A DNA stretch of 64,000 bases from sequence record KM606994, one strand, 5' to 3'. The position numbers and the translations under genes were made by a program. The first letter of the stretch is position 1, and the number at the start of each line of letters is the position of its first letter. The stretch comes from Escherichia phage RB3. Below, piece after piece: positions 8,925 through 19,562 of this stretch. The notes beneath the pieces were generated by a model. The model saw nothing but the letters and a program-made list of their open reading frames with translations. It was not told the origin of the DNA and made no database searches.

Positions 8925-9376
8925 TATGCCCCCTTAAAGCCAAGAGCTCGTAATCCATCTTCTGTTAGAATTCTAAATTTTATTCCACGCTTTTCAGCTA
9001 AAGATTGTGCTGCTTTCCATTTATCGGTGTTCACAGACCAGGTATAAATTTCATTCATAAATCTTTTCTTCGCTGCGGTTGTTAGATGTGCTGGTTTAAC
9101 TGGTGGTTGTGTTTCTTTTTTAGGCTTTATTTCAATAAAAAATTCTTGCCCAGAAGAATCTTTCATCCAAATATCCATGAAGTATCTACGTTTTTTCCCT
9201 TCGGCATTACAAAAATAAGGAATTACTGCTGTTTCACTACCCCATGCAATAATTTCTGGATTTTTATCTAACCATTCAAAAAAGAATTTTTCCCAATTTG
9301 ATCTATACGTAATTTTTTTAGGGTCACCTCTATACTTTGATATATTTTTAGGAACCCATTTTCCAGAATATGCCAT
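8924..9376 (-). CDS. 4: gp4 head completion protein
   Basis: 150 aa, T4 length; divergently arranged to gene 53. Confidence 0.9.
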
Positions 9377-9387
9377 TGGATTCTCCT

Positions 9388-9395
9388 TATAAATA
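9388..9395 (+). promoter_or_regulatory. late promoter TATAAATA for gene 53
   Basis: Exact T4 late -10 consensus 29 nt upstream of gene 53 ATG. Confidence 0.6.
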
Positions 9396-9402
9396 GATAA
9401 TA

Positions 9403-9410
9403 TATTTATA
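9403..9410 (-). promoter_or_regulatory. late promoter TATAAATA for gene 4 (divergent)
   Basis: Exact TATAAATA on minus strand upstream of gene 4 start. Confidence 0.55.
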
Positions 9411-9423
9411 AACAGGAGGGCCC

Positions 9424-10014
9424 ATGCTCTTTACATTTTTTGATCCGATTGAATATGCGGCCAAAACGGTGAATAAAAACGCGCCGACTATTCCTATGAC
9501 AGATATTTTTAGAAACTATAAAGACTATTTTAAACGCGCTCTTGCGGGATACCGCTTACGTACTTATTATATCAAAGGTTCACCCCGCCCGGAAGAATTA
9601 GCAAATGCTATATATGGAAATCCACAGTTGTATTGGGTTTTATTGATGTGTAATGATAATTATGATCCATATTATGGATGGATTACTTCACAGGAAGCTG
9701 CTTATCAAGCATCTATACAAAAATACAAAAATGTAGGTGGAGACCAAATAGTATATCATGTGAATGAGAATGGTGAAAAATTTTATAATTTAATATCATA
9801 CGATGATAATCCATATGTTTGGTATGATAAAGGCGATAAAGCTAGAAAATATCCTCAATATGAAGGAGCACTTGCTGCGGTCGATACGTATGAAGCGGCT
9901 GTTCTTGAAAATGAAAAACTTCGTCAAATAAAAATAATAGCAAAATCAGACATTAATTCATTTATGAACGACCTTATACGTATAATGGAGAAATCTTATG
10001 GAAATGATAAGTAA
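9424..10014 (+). CDS. 53: gp53 baseplate wedge subunit
   Basis: 196 aa, T4 length; AGGAGGG Shine-Dalgarno; precedes gene 5. Confidence 0.9.
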   Translation: MLFTFFDPIEYAAKTVNKNAPTIPMTDIFRNYKDYFKRALAGYRLRTYYIKGSPRPEELANAIYGNPQLYWVLLMCNDNYDPYYGWITSQEAAYQASIQKYKNVGGDQIVYHVNENGEKFYNLISYDDNPYVWYDKGDKARKYPQYEGALAAVDTYEAAVLENEKLRQIKIIAKSDINSFMNDLIRIMEKSYGNDK

Positions 10015-11725
10015 TAACCTTAATTGGTTTGTCGGTGTTGTTGAAGATAGAATGGACCCATTAAAATTAGGTCGTGTTCGTGTTCGTGTGGTTGGTCTGC
10101 ATCCACCTCAAAGAGCACAAGGTGATGTAATGGGTATTCCAACTGAAAAATTACCATGGATGTCAGTTATTCAACCTATAACTTCTGCAGCAATGTCTGG
10201 AATTGGAGGCTCCGTTACTGGTCCGGTAGAAGGAACTAGAGTTTATGGTCATTTTTTAGACAAATGGAAAACTAACGGAATTGTCCTTGGCACGTATGGT
10301 GGGATAGTTCGCGAAAAACCTAATAGACTTGAAGGATTTTCTGACCCAACTGGACAGTATCCTAGACGTCTAGGAAATGATACTAACGTATTAAACCAAG
10401 GCGGAGAAGTAGGATATGATTCGTCTTCTAATATTATCCAAGATAGCAATCTAGACACTGCGATAAATCCCGATGATAGACCGCTATCAGAGATTCCAAC
10501 TGATGATAATCCAAATATGTCAATGGCTGAAATGCTTCGCCGTGATGAAGGATTAAGACTAAAAGTTTATTGGGATACCGAAGGATATCCGACAATTGGT
10601 ATTGGTCATCTTATCATGAAGCAGCCAGTTCGTGATATGGCTCAAATTAATAAAGTTTTATCAAAACAAGTTGGTCGTGAAATTACAGGAAATCCAGGTT
10701 CTATTACAATGGAAGAGGCGACGACTTTATTTGAGCGTGATTTGGCTGATATGCAACGTGACATTAAATCACATTCTAAAGTTGGCCCAGTCTGGCAAGC
10801 TGTCAACCGTTCTCGTCAAATGGCATTAGAAAATATGGCATTTCAGATGGGTGTTGGTGGTGTAGCTAAATTTAACACAATGTTAACTGCTATGTTAGCA
10901 GGAGATTGGGAAAAAGCATATAAAGCTGGTCGTGATTCATTGTGGTATCAACAAACAAAAGGCCGTGCATCCCGTGTTACCATGATTATTCTTACGGGGA
11001 ATTTGGAATCATATGGTGTTGAAGTGAAAACCCCAGCTAGGTCTCTATCAGCAATGGCTGCTACTGTAGCTAAATCTTCTGACCCTGCTGACCCTCCTAT
11101 TCCAAATGACTCGAGAATTTTATTCAAAGAACCAGTTTCTTCATATAAAGGCGAATATCCTTATGTACATACAATGGAAACTGAAAGTGGACATATTCAG
11201 GAATTTGATGATACCCCTGGGCAAGAGCGATACAGATTAGTTCATCCAACTGGAACTTATGAAGAAGTATCACCGTCAGGAAGAAGAACAAGAAAAACTG
11301 TTGATAATTTGTATGATATAACCAACGCTGATGGTAATTTTTTGGTAGCCGGTGATAAAAAGACTAACGTCGGTGGATCAGAAATTTATTACAACATGGA
11401 TAATCGTCTTCACCAGATAGATGGAAGCAGTACAATATTTGTACGTGGCGACGAAACGAAAACTGTTGAAGGTAATGGAACTATCCTAGTTAAAGGTAAT
11501 GTTACTATTGTAGTTGAAGGTAATGCTGACATTACAGTTAAAGGAGATGCTACCACTTTAGTTGAAGGAAATCAAACTAATACAGTAAATGGAAATCTTT
11601 CTTGGAAAGTTGCTGGGACAGTTGATTGGGACGTTGGTGGTGATTGGACAGAAAAAATGGCATCTATGAGTTCTATTTCATCTGGTCAATACACAATTGA
11701 TGGATCGAGGATTGACATTGGCTAA
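9998..11725 (+). CDS. 5: gp5 baseplate hub subunit and tail lysozyme
   Basis: 575 aa; lysozyme-like segment YWDTEGYPTIGIGHL; C-terminal VxGxxxxx beta-helix repeats. Confidence 0.95.
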   Translation: MEMISNNLNWFVGVVEDRMDPLKLGRVRVRVVGLHPPQRAQGDVMGIPTEKLPWMSVIQPITSAAMSGIGGSVTGPVEGTRVYGHFLDKWKTNGIVLGTYGGIVREKPNRLEGFSDPTGQYPRRLGNDTNVLNQGGEVGYDSSSNIIQDSNLDTAINPDDRPLSEIPTDDNPNMSMAEMLRRDEGLRLKVYWDTEGYPTIGIGHLIMKQPVRDMAQINKVLSKQVGREITGNPGSITMEEATTLFERDLADMQRDIKSHSKVGPVWQAVNRSRQMALENMAFQMGVGGVAKFNTMLTAMLAGDWEKAYKAGRDSLWYQQTKGRASRVTMIILTGNLESYGVEVKTPARSLSAMAATVAKSSDPADPPIPNDSRILFKEPVSSYKGEYPYVHTMETESGHIQEFDDTPGQERYRLVHPTGTYEEVSPSGRRTRKTVDNLYDITNADGNFLVAGDKKTNVGGSEIYYNMDNRLHQIDGSSTIFVRGDETKTVEGNGTILVKGNVTIVVEGNADITVKGDATTLVEGNQTNTVNGNLSWKVAGTVDWDVGGDWTEKMASMSSISSGQYTIDGSRIDIG

Positions 11726-11759
11726 TATACTTCCAATGAGCGCTGATTTAGGAGAATCC

Positions 11760-12254
11760 ATGGAAGGTTCTTCTATCGACGTCACCTTTACCGCTCAATT
11801 AGAAACGGGTGAAACGTTAGTATCTATAAATATAACTAGTTACGAAGAAACTCCTGGGGTTTTAGTAGAAAAAAATCGCTTATATGGAACATATGAATCT
11901 GTGTTTGGATTTGGAGATGACGCGTTGAAATATCGTTTAGGCGATGAATTTAAAACTGCTGCTTCATGGGAAGAACTTCCTACTGATTCTGATACTCAGT
12001 TGTATTTGTGGAAAGCTCCTCAAAATCTCCAGAAGACATTCACTTACGAAGTAACATTAATATATGACTATCAAGAACAAAGTGAATCTGGGGGTTCTGG
12101 CAGTAATTCTAGGTCATCTTCTGATACTACTGAACCGACAGATCCTCCTGCTCCAGTAAGAAAAACTCTCGTTAAAAATTATACTAAAACTATAGTTGGA
12201 AATTGGAGTCGTTGGGCTAATAAATTGAGAAGCTATGTGTATGAGAGGCCATAA
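11760..12254 (+). CDS. 5.1: gp5.1-like hypothetical protein
   Basis: ORF track 11697-12254 has TTG start inside gene 5; ATG at 11760 has AGGAG Shine-Dalgarno; start uncertain (11700 or 11736 also possible). Confidence 0.6.
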   Translation: MEGSSIDVTFTAQLETGETLVSINITSYEETPGVLVEKNRLYGTYESVFGFGDDALKYRLGDEFKTAASWEELPTDSDTQLYLWKAPQNLQKTFTYEVTLIYDYQEQSESGGSGSNSRSSSDTTEPTDPPAPVRKTLVKNYTKTIVGNWSRWANKLRSYVYERP

Positions 12255-12548
12255 ATGTCAGGATTAAGTTATGATAAGTGTGTTACTGCTGGCCATGAAG
12301 CGTGGCCTCCAACAGTTGTGAATGCTACACAAAGTAAAGTATTCACTGGAGGAATTGCTGTTCTAGTAGAAGGCGATCCAATTACAGAACATACAGAAAT
12401 TAAAAAGCCATATGAAACACATGGCGGAGTGACACAACCCAGAACTTCTAAGGTATATGTCACTGGAAAGAAAGCTGTTCAAATGGCTGATCCAATATCA
12501 TGCGGTGATACTGTGGCTCAGGCATCATCTAAAGTATTCATTAAATAG
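12255..12548 (+). CDS. 5.4: gp5.4 PAAR-like spike tip protein
   Basis: 97 aa, T4 length and position between 5.1 and 6. Confidence 0.8.
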   Translation: MSGLSYDKCVTAGHEAWPPTVVNATQSKVFTGGIAVLVEGDPITEHTEIKKPYETHGGVTQPRTSKVYVTGKKAVQMADPISCGDTVAQASSKVFIK

Positions 12549-12556
12549 GATTTAAA

Positions 12557-14539
12557 ATGGCAAATACCCCTGTAAATTATCAATTAACAAGAACAGCAAA
12601 TGCTATTCCCGAGATATTCGTCGGGGGTACGTTTGCTGAAATAAAACAAAACCTCATTGAATGGCTTAATGGCCAAAATGAATTTTTGGATTATGATTTT
12701 GAAGGCTCAAGATTAAACGTTCTGTGTGACCTTTTGGCTTATAATACGCTGTACATTCAACAGTTTGGTAATGCTGCTGTGTATGAAAGCTTTATGCGTA
12801 CTGCTAACTTACGAAGTTCAGTTGTTCAAGCTGCACAAGATAATGGATATTTACCTACTTCAAAATCAGCTGCGCAGACTGAAATTATGCTAACTTGCAC
12901 AGATGCATTGAATAGAAATTACATTACTATTCCTCGCGGTACTCGCTTTTTAGCATATGCAAAGGATACTTCTGTTAATCCTTATAACTTTGTATCTACC
13001 GAAGATGTTATTGCTATTCGTGATAAAAATAACCAATATTTTCCACGATTAAAATTGGCCCAAGGACGTATAGTAAGAACTGAAATCATTTATGATAAAT
13101 TAACACCTATTATCATTTATGATAAAAATATTGATAGAAACCAGGTTAAATTATATGTTGATGGAGCGGAATGGATTAACTGGACGAGAAAGTCAATGGT
13201 TCATGCTGGTTCAACATCAACGATTTATTATATGCGTGAAACTATTGATGGAAACACTGAATTCTATTTTGGTGAAGGTGAAATTTCTGTTAATGCTTCT
13301 GAAGGAGCTTTGACCGCTAATTATATCGGAGGTCTTAAACCTACCCAGAACTCTACGATTGTTATTGAGTACATCAGTACTAACGGTGCAGATGCGAATG
13401 GCGCAGTCGGATTTTCATATGCAGATACATTAACAAATATAACTGTCATCAATATTAATGAAAATCCAAACGATGACCCAGATTTTGTTGGGGCAGATGG
13501 AGGCGGTGATCCAGAAGATATTGAGCGTATTCGCGAATTGGGTACTATTAAACGCGAAACCCAGCAACGCTGCGTAACTGCGACTGACTATGATACATTC
13601 GTTTCAGAGAGATTCGGTTCTATTATTCAGGCAGTTCAAACTTTCACTGATTCTACTAAACCTGGGTATGCATTTATTGCTGCTAAACCTAAATCAGGTC
13701 TGTATTTAACTACTGTACAACGTGAAGATATTAAAAATTATCTCAAAGACTATAATTTAGCTCCTATTACGCCATCAATTATTTCTCCTAATTATCTTTT
13801 TATTAAGACTAATTTAAAAGTCACATATGCTTTAAATAAACTGCAAGAATCCGAGCAGTGGCTTGAAGGTCAAATAATTGATAAAATTGATCGCTATTAT
13901 ACCGAAGATGTAGAAATTTTTAACTCGTCTTTCGCTAAATCTAAGATGTTAACTTATGTAGATGATGCAGATCATTCTATCATTGGCTCATCAGCGACAA
14001 TTCAAATTGTTCGCGAAGTACAAAACTTCTATAAAACGCCTGAAGCAGGTATTAAATACAATAATCAAATAAAAGACCGTTCTATGGAATCTAATACGTT
14101 TTCATTTAATTCTGGACGAAAGGTTGTAAATCCTGATACTGGTTTAGAAGAAGATGTATTATATGACGTTCGCATAGTATCAACAGACCGAAATTCTAAA
14201 GGAATTGGTAAAGTTATTATTGGTCCATTTGCTTCTGGCGATGTTACAGAAAATAAAAACATTCGTCCATATACAGGCAACGATTTTAATAAATTAGCAA
14301 ATTCTAGTGGACGCGACAAATACTATGTTATCGGTGAAATAAATTATCCAGCTGATATGATTTATTGGAATATCGCTAAAATTAATTTAACATCCGATAA
14401 ATTTGAGGTTCAGACTATTGAACTATATTCTGACCCAACCGATGATGTTATCTTTACCCGTGATGGTTCACTGATTGTATTTGAAAATGATTTACGTCCG
14501 CAATACTTAACTATCGATTTGGAGCCTATATCACAATGA
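12557..14539 (+). CDS. 6: gp6 baseplate wedge subunit
   Basis: 660 aa, T4 length and order. Confidence 0.9.
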   Translation: MANTPVNYQLTRTANAIPEIFVGGTFAEIKQNLIEWLNGQNEFLDYDFEGSRLNVLCDLLAYNTLYIQQFGNAAVYESFMRTANLRSSVVQAAQDNGYLPTSKSAAQTEIMLTCTDALNRNYITIPRGTRFLAYAKDTSVNPYNFVSTEDVIAIRDKNNQYFPRLKLAQGRIVRTEIIYDKLTPIIIYDKNIDRNQVKLYVDGAEWINWTRKSMVHAGSTSTIYYMRETIDGNTEFYFGEGEISVNASEGALTANYIGGLKPTQNSTIVIEYISTNGADANGAVGFSYADTLTNITVININENPNDDPDFVGADGGGDPEDIERIRELGTIKRETQQRCVTATDYDTFVSERFGSIIQAVQTFTDSTKPGYAFIAAKPKSGLYLTTVQREDIKNYLKDYNLAPITPSIISPNYLFIKTNLKVTYALNKLQESEQWLEGQIIDKIDRYYTEDVEIFNSSFAKSKMLTYVDDADHSIIGSSATIQIVREVQNFYKTPEAGIKYNNQIKDRSMESNTFSFNSGRKVVNPDTGLEEDVLYDVRIVSTDRNSKGIGKVIIGPFASGDVTENKNIRPYTGNDFNKLANSSGRDKYYVIGEINYPADMIYWNIAKINLTSDKFEVQTIELYSDPTDDVIFTRDGSLIVFENDLRPQYLTIDLEPISQ

Positions 14540-17500
14540 CAGTAAAAGCACCTTCAGCCACTAGTCTCAGAATTTCCAAGTTATCCGCAAATCAGGTGCA
14601 AGTACGCTGGGATGACGTTGGTGCTAATTTCTACTATTTTGTAGAAATCGCTGAGACAAAAACAGACTCGGGGGAAAATCTCCCGAGCGATCAATATCGT
14701 TGGATTAATTTAGGATATACAGCAAATAATAGTTTCTTTTTTGATGATGCTGATCCACTAACATCATACATCATTAGAGTAGCTACGGCGGCGCAAGATT
14801 TTGAGCAGTCTGATTGGGTTTATACAGAAGAGTTTGAAACTTTTGCTACGAATGCTTACACATTTCAAAACCTGATTGAAATGCAATTAGCCAATAAATT
14901 CATTCAGGAAAAATTTACTCTTAACAATTCTAATTATGTCAATTTTAATAATGACACTATAATAGCTGCATTGATGAATGAATCGTTCCAATTCAGCCCA
15001 TCATATGTTGATGTTTCATCAATAAGTAATTTTATTATTGGTGAAAATGAGTATCATGAAATACAAGGTTCTATTCAGCAAGTATGTAAGGATATTAACC
15101 GTGTTTATTTGATGGAATCAGAAGGGATTCTATATCTTTTTGAGCGTTATCAACCCGTAGTTAAAGTATCTAATGATAAAGGACAAACCTGGAAAGCTGT
15201 GAAGCTCTTCAATGACCGTGTAGGATATCCTTTATCTAAGACAGTATATTACCAATCTGCGAGCACAACATACGTTCTAGGATACGACAAGATTTTCTAT
15301 GGCCGCAAATTTACTGATGTTAGATGGTCAGCTGATGATGTCAGATTTAGTTCGCAGGATATAACATTCGCTAAACTTGGTGATCAACTTCATTTGGGAT
15401 TTGATGTTGAAATCTTTGGTACTTATGCTACATTACCTGCAAATGTGTATCGTATAGCTGAAGCTATTACTTGCACCGATGATTACATTTACGTTGTCGC
15501 CAGAGACAAAGTTAGATACATAAAAACGAGTAATGCACCTATAGATTCTGATCCATTATCTCCAACATATTCGGAAAGACTTTTTGAACCTGATACAATG
15601 ACTATAACCGGAAATCCTAAAGCAGTATGCTATAAAATGGATTCTATCGGTGATAAAGTTTTTGCTCTTATTATTGGTGAAGTTGAAACATTAAATGCTA
15701 ATCCTAGAACATCAAAAATAATTGATTCTGCTGATAAAGGAATATATGTTTTAAATCATGACATGAAAACATGGAAAAGAGTTTTTGGCAACACTGAAGA
15801 AGAAAGAAGACGTATTCAACCTGGATATGCGAATATGTCAACTGATGGTAAATTAGTTTCTCTGTCTTCGAGTAATTTTAAATTTTTAAGTGATAACGTT
15901 GTTAATGACCCTGAAACTGCAGCGAAATATCAGTTAATCGGTGCTGTTAAATATGAATTTCCTCGTGAATGGCTAGCCGATAAGCATTATCATATGATGG
16001 CATTTATAGCAGATGAAAAATCTGATTGGGAAACTTTTACGCTTCAACCGATGAAATATTATGCAGAACCATTCTTTAACTGGTCTAAAAAATCTAACAC
16101 ACGTTGTTGGATAAACAACTCTGACAGAGCTGTAGTAGTTTATGCTGATTTAAAATACACTAAAGTTATAGAAAATATTCCGGAAACATCGCCAGATAGA
16201 TTAGTTCATGAATACTGGGATGATGGTGATTGTACGATAGTAATGCCAAATGTTAAATTCACAGGATTTAAAAAATATGCGTCTGGGATGCTTTTTTATA
16301 AATCTTCTGGTGAAATAATTTCTTACTATGATTTTAACTATCGAGTGAGAGACACGGTTGAAATAATTTGGAAGCCAACTGGAATATTTTTAAAAGCATT
16401 TTTACAAAACCAAGAGCGTGAAACTCCTTGGTCACCAGAAGAAGAGCATGGATTAGCTGACCCTGATTTAAGACCATTGATTGGCACAATGATGCCTGAT
16501 TCTTATTTACTACAAGATTCGAATTTTGAGGCATTTTGCGAAGCATATATTCAGTATCTTTCTGATGGATATGGAACTCAGTATAACAATTTACGAAATT
16601 TAATTCGTAATCAGTATCCACGAGAAGAGCATGCATGGGAATATTTGTGGTCAGAGATATATAAAAGAAACATTTATTTGAACGCGGATAAGCGAGATGC
16701 TGTAGCAAGATTTTTTGAATCACGTAGTTATGATTTTTATTCTACTAAAGGAATTGAAGCATCATACAAATTTCTTTTTAAAGTTCTTTATAATGAAGAA
16801 GTTGAAATTGAAATTGAATCTGGAGCTGGTACTGAATATGATATAATCGTTCAATCTGATTCTTTGACTGAAGATTTAGTAGGACAAACGATTTATACGG
16901 CAACAGGAAGATGTAATGTTACTTATATAGAAAGAAGCTATTCTAATGGTAAATTGCAATGGACCGTAACTATTCATAATCTTTTGGGACGATTAATTGC
17001 TGGTCAAGAAGTTAAAGCAGAAAGACTCCCTAGTTTTGAAGGCGAAATTATTCGTGGAGTTAAAGGAAAGGATTTGCTTCAAAACAATATAGACTATATT
17101 AATAGAAGTAGATCATACTATGTAATGAAAATTAAATCCAATTTACCTTCTTCCCGCTGGAAATCTGACGTTATTCGTTTTGTTCATCCAGTAGGATTTG
17201 GATTTATAGCAATTACCCTTTTAACGATGTTTATTAATGTTGGTTTAACTCTTAAACATACAGAGACTATAATTAATAAATACAAAAACTATAAATGGGA
17301 TTCTGGATTGCCTACTGAATATGCTGATAGAGTAGCTAAATTAACTCCAACCGGTGAAATTGAGTATGATTCAGTAACAGGCGAAGCAATTTATGAGCCT
17401 GGCCCAATGGCTGGTGTAGAATATCCTCTTCCTGATGACTATAATGCTGAAAATAATAATTCAATATTTCAAGGTCAATTGCCGTCTGAACGACGTAAAT

Positions 17501-17634
17501 TAATGAGTCCCCTATTTGATGCTTCTGGAACAACATTTGCGCAATTTAGAGATTTAGTTAATAAACGTCTAAAAGATAATATAGGAAATCCAAGAGACCC
17601 TGAAAATCCAACACAGGTTAAAATAGATGAATGA
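14536..17634 (+). CDS. 7: gp7 baseplate wedge initiator
   Basis: 1032 aa, T4 length; ATGA overlap with gene 6. Confidence 0.9.
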   Translation: MTVKAPSATSLRISKLSANQVQVRWDDVGANFYYFVEIAETKTDSGENLPSDQYRWINLGYTANNSFFFDDADPLTSYIIRVATAAQDFEQSDWVYTEEFETFATNAYTFQNLIEMQLANKFIQEKFTLNNSNYVNFNNDTIIAALMNESFQFSPSYVDVSSISNFIIGENEYHEIQGSIQQVCKDINRVYLMESEGILYLFERYQPVVKVSNDKGQTWKAVKLFNDRVGYPLSKTVYYQSASTTYVLGYDKIFYGRKFTDVRWSADDVRFSSQDITFAKLGDQLHLGFDVEIFGTYATLPANVYRIAEAITCTDDYIYVVARDKVRYIKTSNAPIDSDPLSPTYSERLFEPDTMTITGNPKAVCYKMDSIGDKVFALIIGEVETLNANPRTSKIIDSADKGIYVLNHDMKTWKRVFGNTEEERRRIQPGYANMSTDGKLVSLSSSNFKFLSDNVVNDPETAAKYQLIGAVKYEFPREWLADKHYHMMAFIADEKSDWETFTLQPMKYYAEPFFNWSKKSNTRCWINNSDRAVVVYADLKYTKVIENIPETSPDRLVHEYWDDGDCTIVMPNVKFTGFKKYASGMLFYKSSGEIISYYDFNYRVRDTVEIIWKPTGIFLKAFLQNQERETPWSPEEEHGLADPDLRPLIGTMMPDSYLLQDSNFEAFCEAYIQYLSDGYGTQYNNLRNLIRNQYPREEHAWEYLWSEIYKRNIYLNADKRDAVARFFESRSYDFYSTKGIEASYKFLFKVLYNEEVEIEIESGAGTEYDIIVQSDSLTEDLVGQTIYTATGRCNVTYIERSYSNGKLQWTVTIHNLLGRLIAGQEVKAERLPSFEGEIIRGVKGKDLLQNNIDYINRSRSYYVMKIKSNLPSSRWKSDVIRFVHPVGFGFIAITLLTMFINVGLTLKHTETIINKYKNYKWDSGLPTEYADRVAKLTPTGEIEYDSVTGEAIYEPGPMAGVEYPLPDDYNAENNNSIFQGQLPSERRKLMSPLFDASGTTFAQFRDLVNKRLKDNIGNPRDPENPTQVKIDE

Positions 17635-18631
17635 TTCAAGTGTTATCTATCGTGCGATAGTTACTTCAAAATTTAGAACAGAAAAAATGTTGAATTTTTA
17701 TAATTCAATTGGAAGTGGTCCGGATAAAAACACTATCTTTATCACATTTGGAAGATCAGAACCGTGGTCATCAAATGAAAATGAGGTGGGCTTTGCCCCA
17801 CCTTATCCAACCGATTCTGTATTAGGCGTAACTGACATGTGGACGCATATGATGGGAACCGTAAAGGTTCTTCCATCAATGCTTGATGCAGTTATTCCTC
17901 GTCGAGATTGGGGAGATACTAGATATCCGGATCCGTATACATTTAGAATTAACGATATTATAGTGTGTAACTCAGCTCCTTACAACGCTACTGAATCAGG
18001 CGCAGGCTGGTTAGTATATCGTTGTTTAGATGTTCCTGATACTGGAATGTGTTCAATCGCATCTTTAACTGATAAGGATGAATGCCTTAAATTAGGCGGA
18101 AAATGGACACCTTCTGTTAGGTCAATGACTCCTCCTGAAGGTCGAGGAGATGCTGAAGGAACAATTGAACCTGGGGACGGGTATGTATGGGAATATCTTT
18201 TTGAGATTCCGCCTGATGTATCTATAAATAGATGCACGAATGAATATATCGTGGTTCCTTGGCCTGAGGAATTAAAAGAAGACCCGACTAGATGGGGATA
18301 TGAAGATAATCTCACTTGGCAACAAGATGATTTTGGATTAATTTACCGGGTTAAGGCAAATACTATCCGTTTTAAAGCATATTTAGATTCAGTTTATTTT
18401 CCTGATGCTGCATTGCCAGGAAATAAAGGATTTAGACAAATATCAATAATCACGAATCCTCTTGAAGCTAAAGCTCATCCAAATGACCCAAACGTTAAAG
18501 CTGAAAAGGATTATTATGACCCAGAAGATTTAATGAGGCATTCGGGCGAAATGATTTATATGGAAAATAGGCCACCTATTATTATGGCAATGGATCAAAC
18601 AGAAGAAATCAATATTCTGTTTACATTTTAA
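17627..18631 (+). CDS. 8: gp8 baseplate wedge subunit
   Basis: 334 aa, T4 length and order. Confidence 0.9.
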   Translation: MNDSSVIYRAIVTSKFRTEKMLNFYNSIGSGPDKNTIFITFGRSEPWSSNENEVGFAPPYPTDSVLGVTDMWTHMMGTVKVLPSMLDAVIPRRDWGDTRYPDPYTFRINDIIVCNSAPYNATESGAGWLVYRCLDVPDTGMCSIASLTDKDECLKLGGKWTPSVRSMTPPEGRGDAEGTIEPGDGYVWEYLFEIPPDVSINRCTNEYIVVPWPEELKEDPTRWGYEDNLTWQQDDFGLIYRVKANTIRFKAYLDSVYFPDAALPGNKGFRQISIITNPLEAKAHPNDPNVKAEKDYYDPEDLMRHSGEMIYMENRPPIIMAMDQTEEINILFTF

Positions 18632-18636
18632 ATTAA

Positions 18637-18660
18637 GGGAGCCCATGGGCTCCCTTTTTT
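18637..18660 (+). terminator. rho-independent terminator after gene 8
   Basis: Hairpin GGGAGCCC-ATGGGCTCCC followed by TTTTTT. Confidence 0.7.
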
Positions 18661-18663
18661 CTT

Positions 18664-18671
18664 TATAAATA
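18664..18671 (+). promoter_or_regulatory. late promoter TATAAATA for gene 9
   Basis: Exact consensus 25 nt upstream of gene 9 ATG. Confidence 0.6.
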
Positions 18672-18695
18672 TTATAAACTCATAAGGAAACCGCT

Positions 18696-19562
18696 ATGTT
18701 CATTCAAGAACCAAAGAAATTGATTGATACCGGCGAAATTGGTAACGCTTCTACTGGTGATATCTTATTCGACGGTGGTAATAAAATTAATAGTGATTTT
18801 AACGCAATTTATAATGCGTTTGGCGATCAGCGTAAAATGGCAGTAGCAAATGGCACTGGAGCAGATGGTCAAATTATCCATGCTACTGGGTATTATCAAA
18901 AACACTCTATTACAGAGTACGCAACTCCAGTGAAAGTTGGCACTAGACATGATATTGATACCTCTACTGTAGGTGTTAAAGTTATCATTGAAAGAGGCGA
19001 ACTTGGCGACTGTGTTGAATTTATTAACTCTAATGGATCAATATCAGTTACTAATCCTTTAACTATTCAAGCTATTGATTCAATTAAAGGCGTTTCAGGT
19101 AATTTAGTAGTAACTAGTCCATATAGTAAAGTTACTTTACGTTGTATTTCATCTGATAATTCTACGTCGGTTTGGAATTATTCTATTGAAAGTATGTTTG
19201 GCCAAAAGGAATCACCGGCCGAAGGTACATGGAATATTTCTACGTCTGGATCAGTTGACATTCCGCTATTTCATCGTACTGAATATAACATGGCTAAATT
19301 GTTAGTTACATGCCAATCAGTAGATGGAAGAAAAATTAAAACAGCAGAAATAAATATTCTTGTAGATACTGTTAATTCAGAGGTCATTTCTTCTGAATAT
19401 GCTGTCATGCGGGTTGGGAATGAAACCGAAGAAGACGAAATCGCTAATATTGCATTTAGTATTAAAACAAATTATGTAACGGCGACTATAAGTTCTTCAA
19501 CTGTCGGTATGAGAGCAGCAGTTAAAGTTATCGCTACGCAGAAAATCGGGGTGGCTCAATAA
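18696..19562 (+). CDS. 9: gp9 baseplate wedge tail-fiber connector
   Basis: 288 aa, T4 length. Confidence 0.9.
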   Translation: MFIQEPKKLIDTGEIGNASTGDILFDGGNKINSDFNAIYNAFGDQRKMAVANGTGADGQIIHATGYYQKHSITEYATPVKVGTRHDIDTSTVGVKVIIERGELGDCVEFINSNGSISVTNPLTIQAIDSIKGVSGNLVVTSPYSKVTLRCISSDNSTSVWNYSIESMFGQKESPAEGTWNISTSGSVDIPLFHRTEYNMAKLLVTCQSVDGRKIKTAEINILVDTVNSEVISSEYAVMRVGNETEEDEIANIAFSIKTNYVTATISSSTVGMRAAVKVIATQKIGVAQ

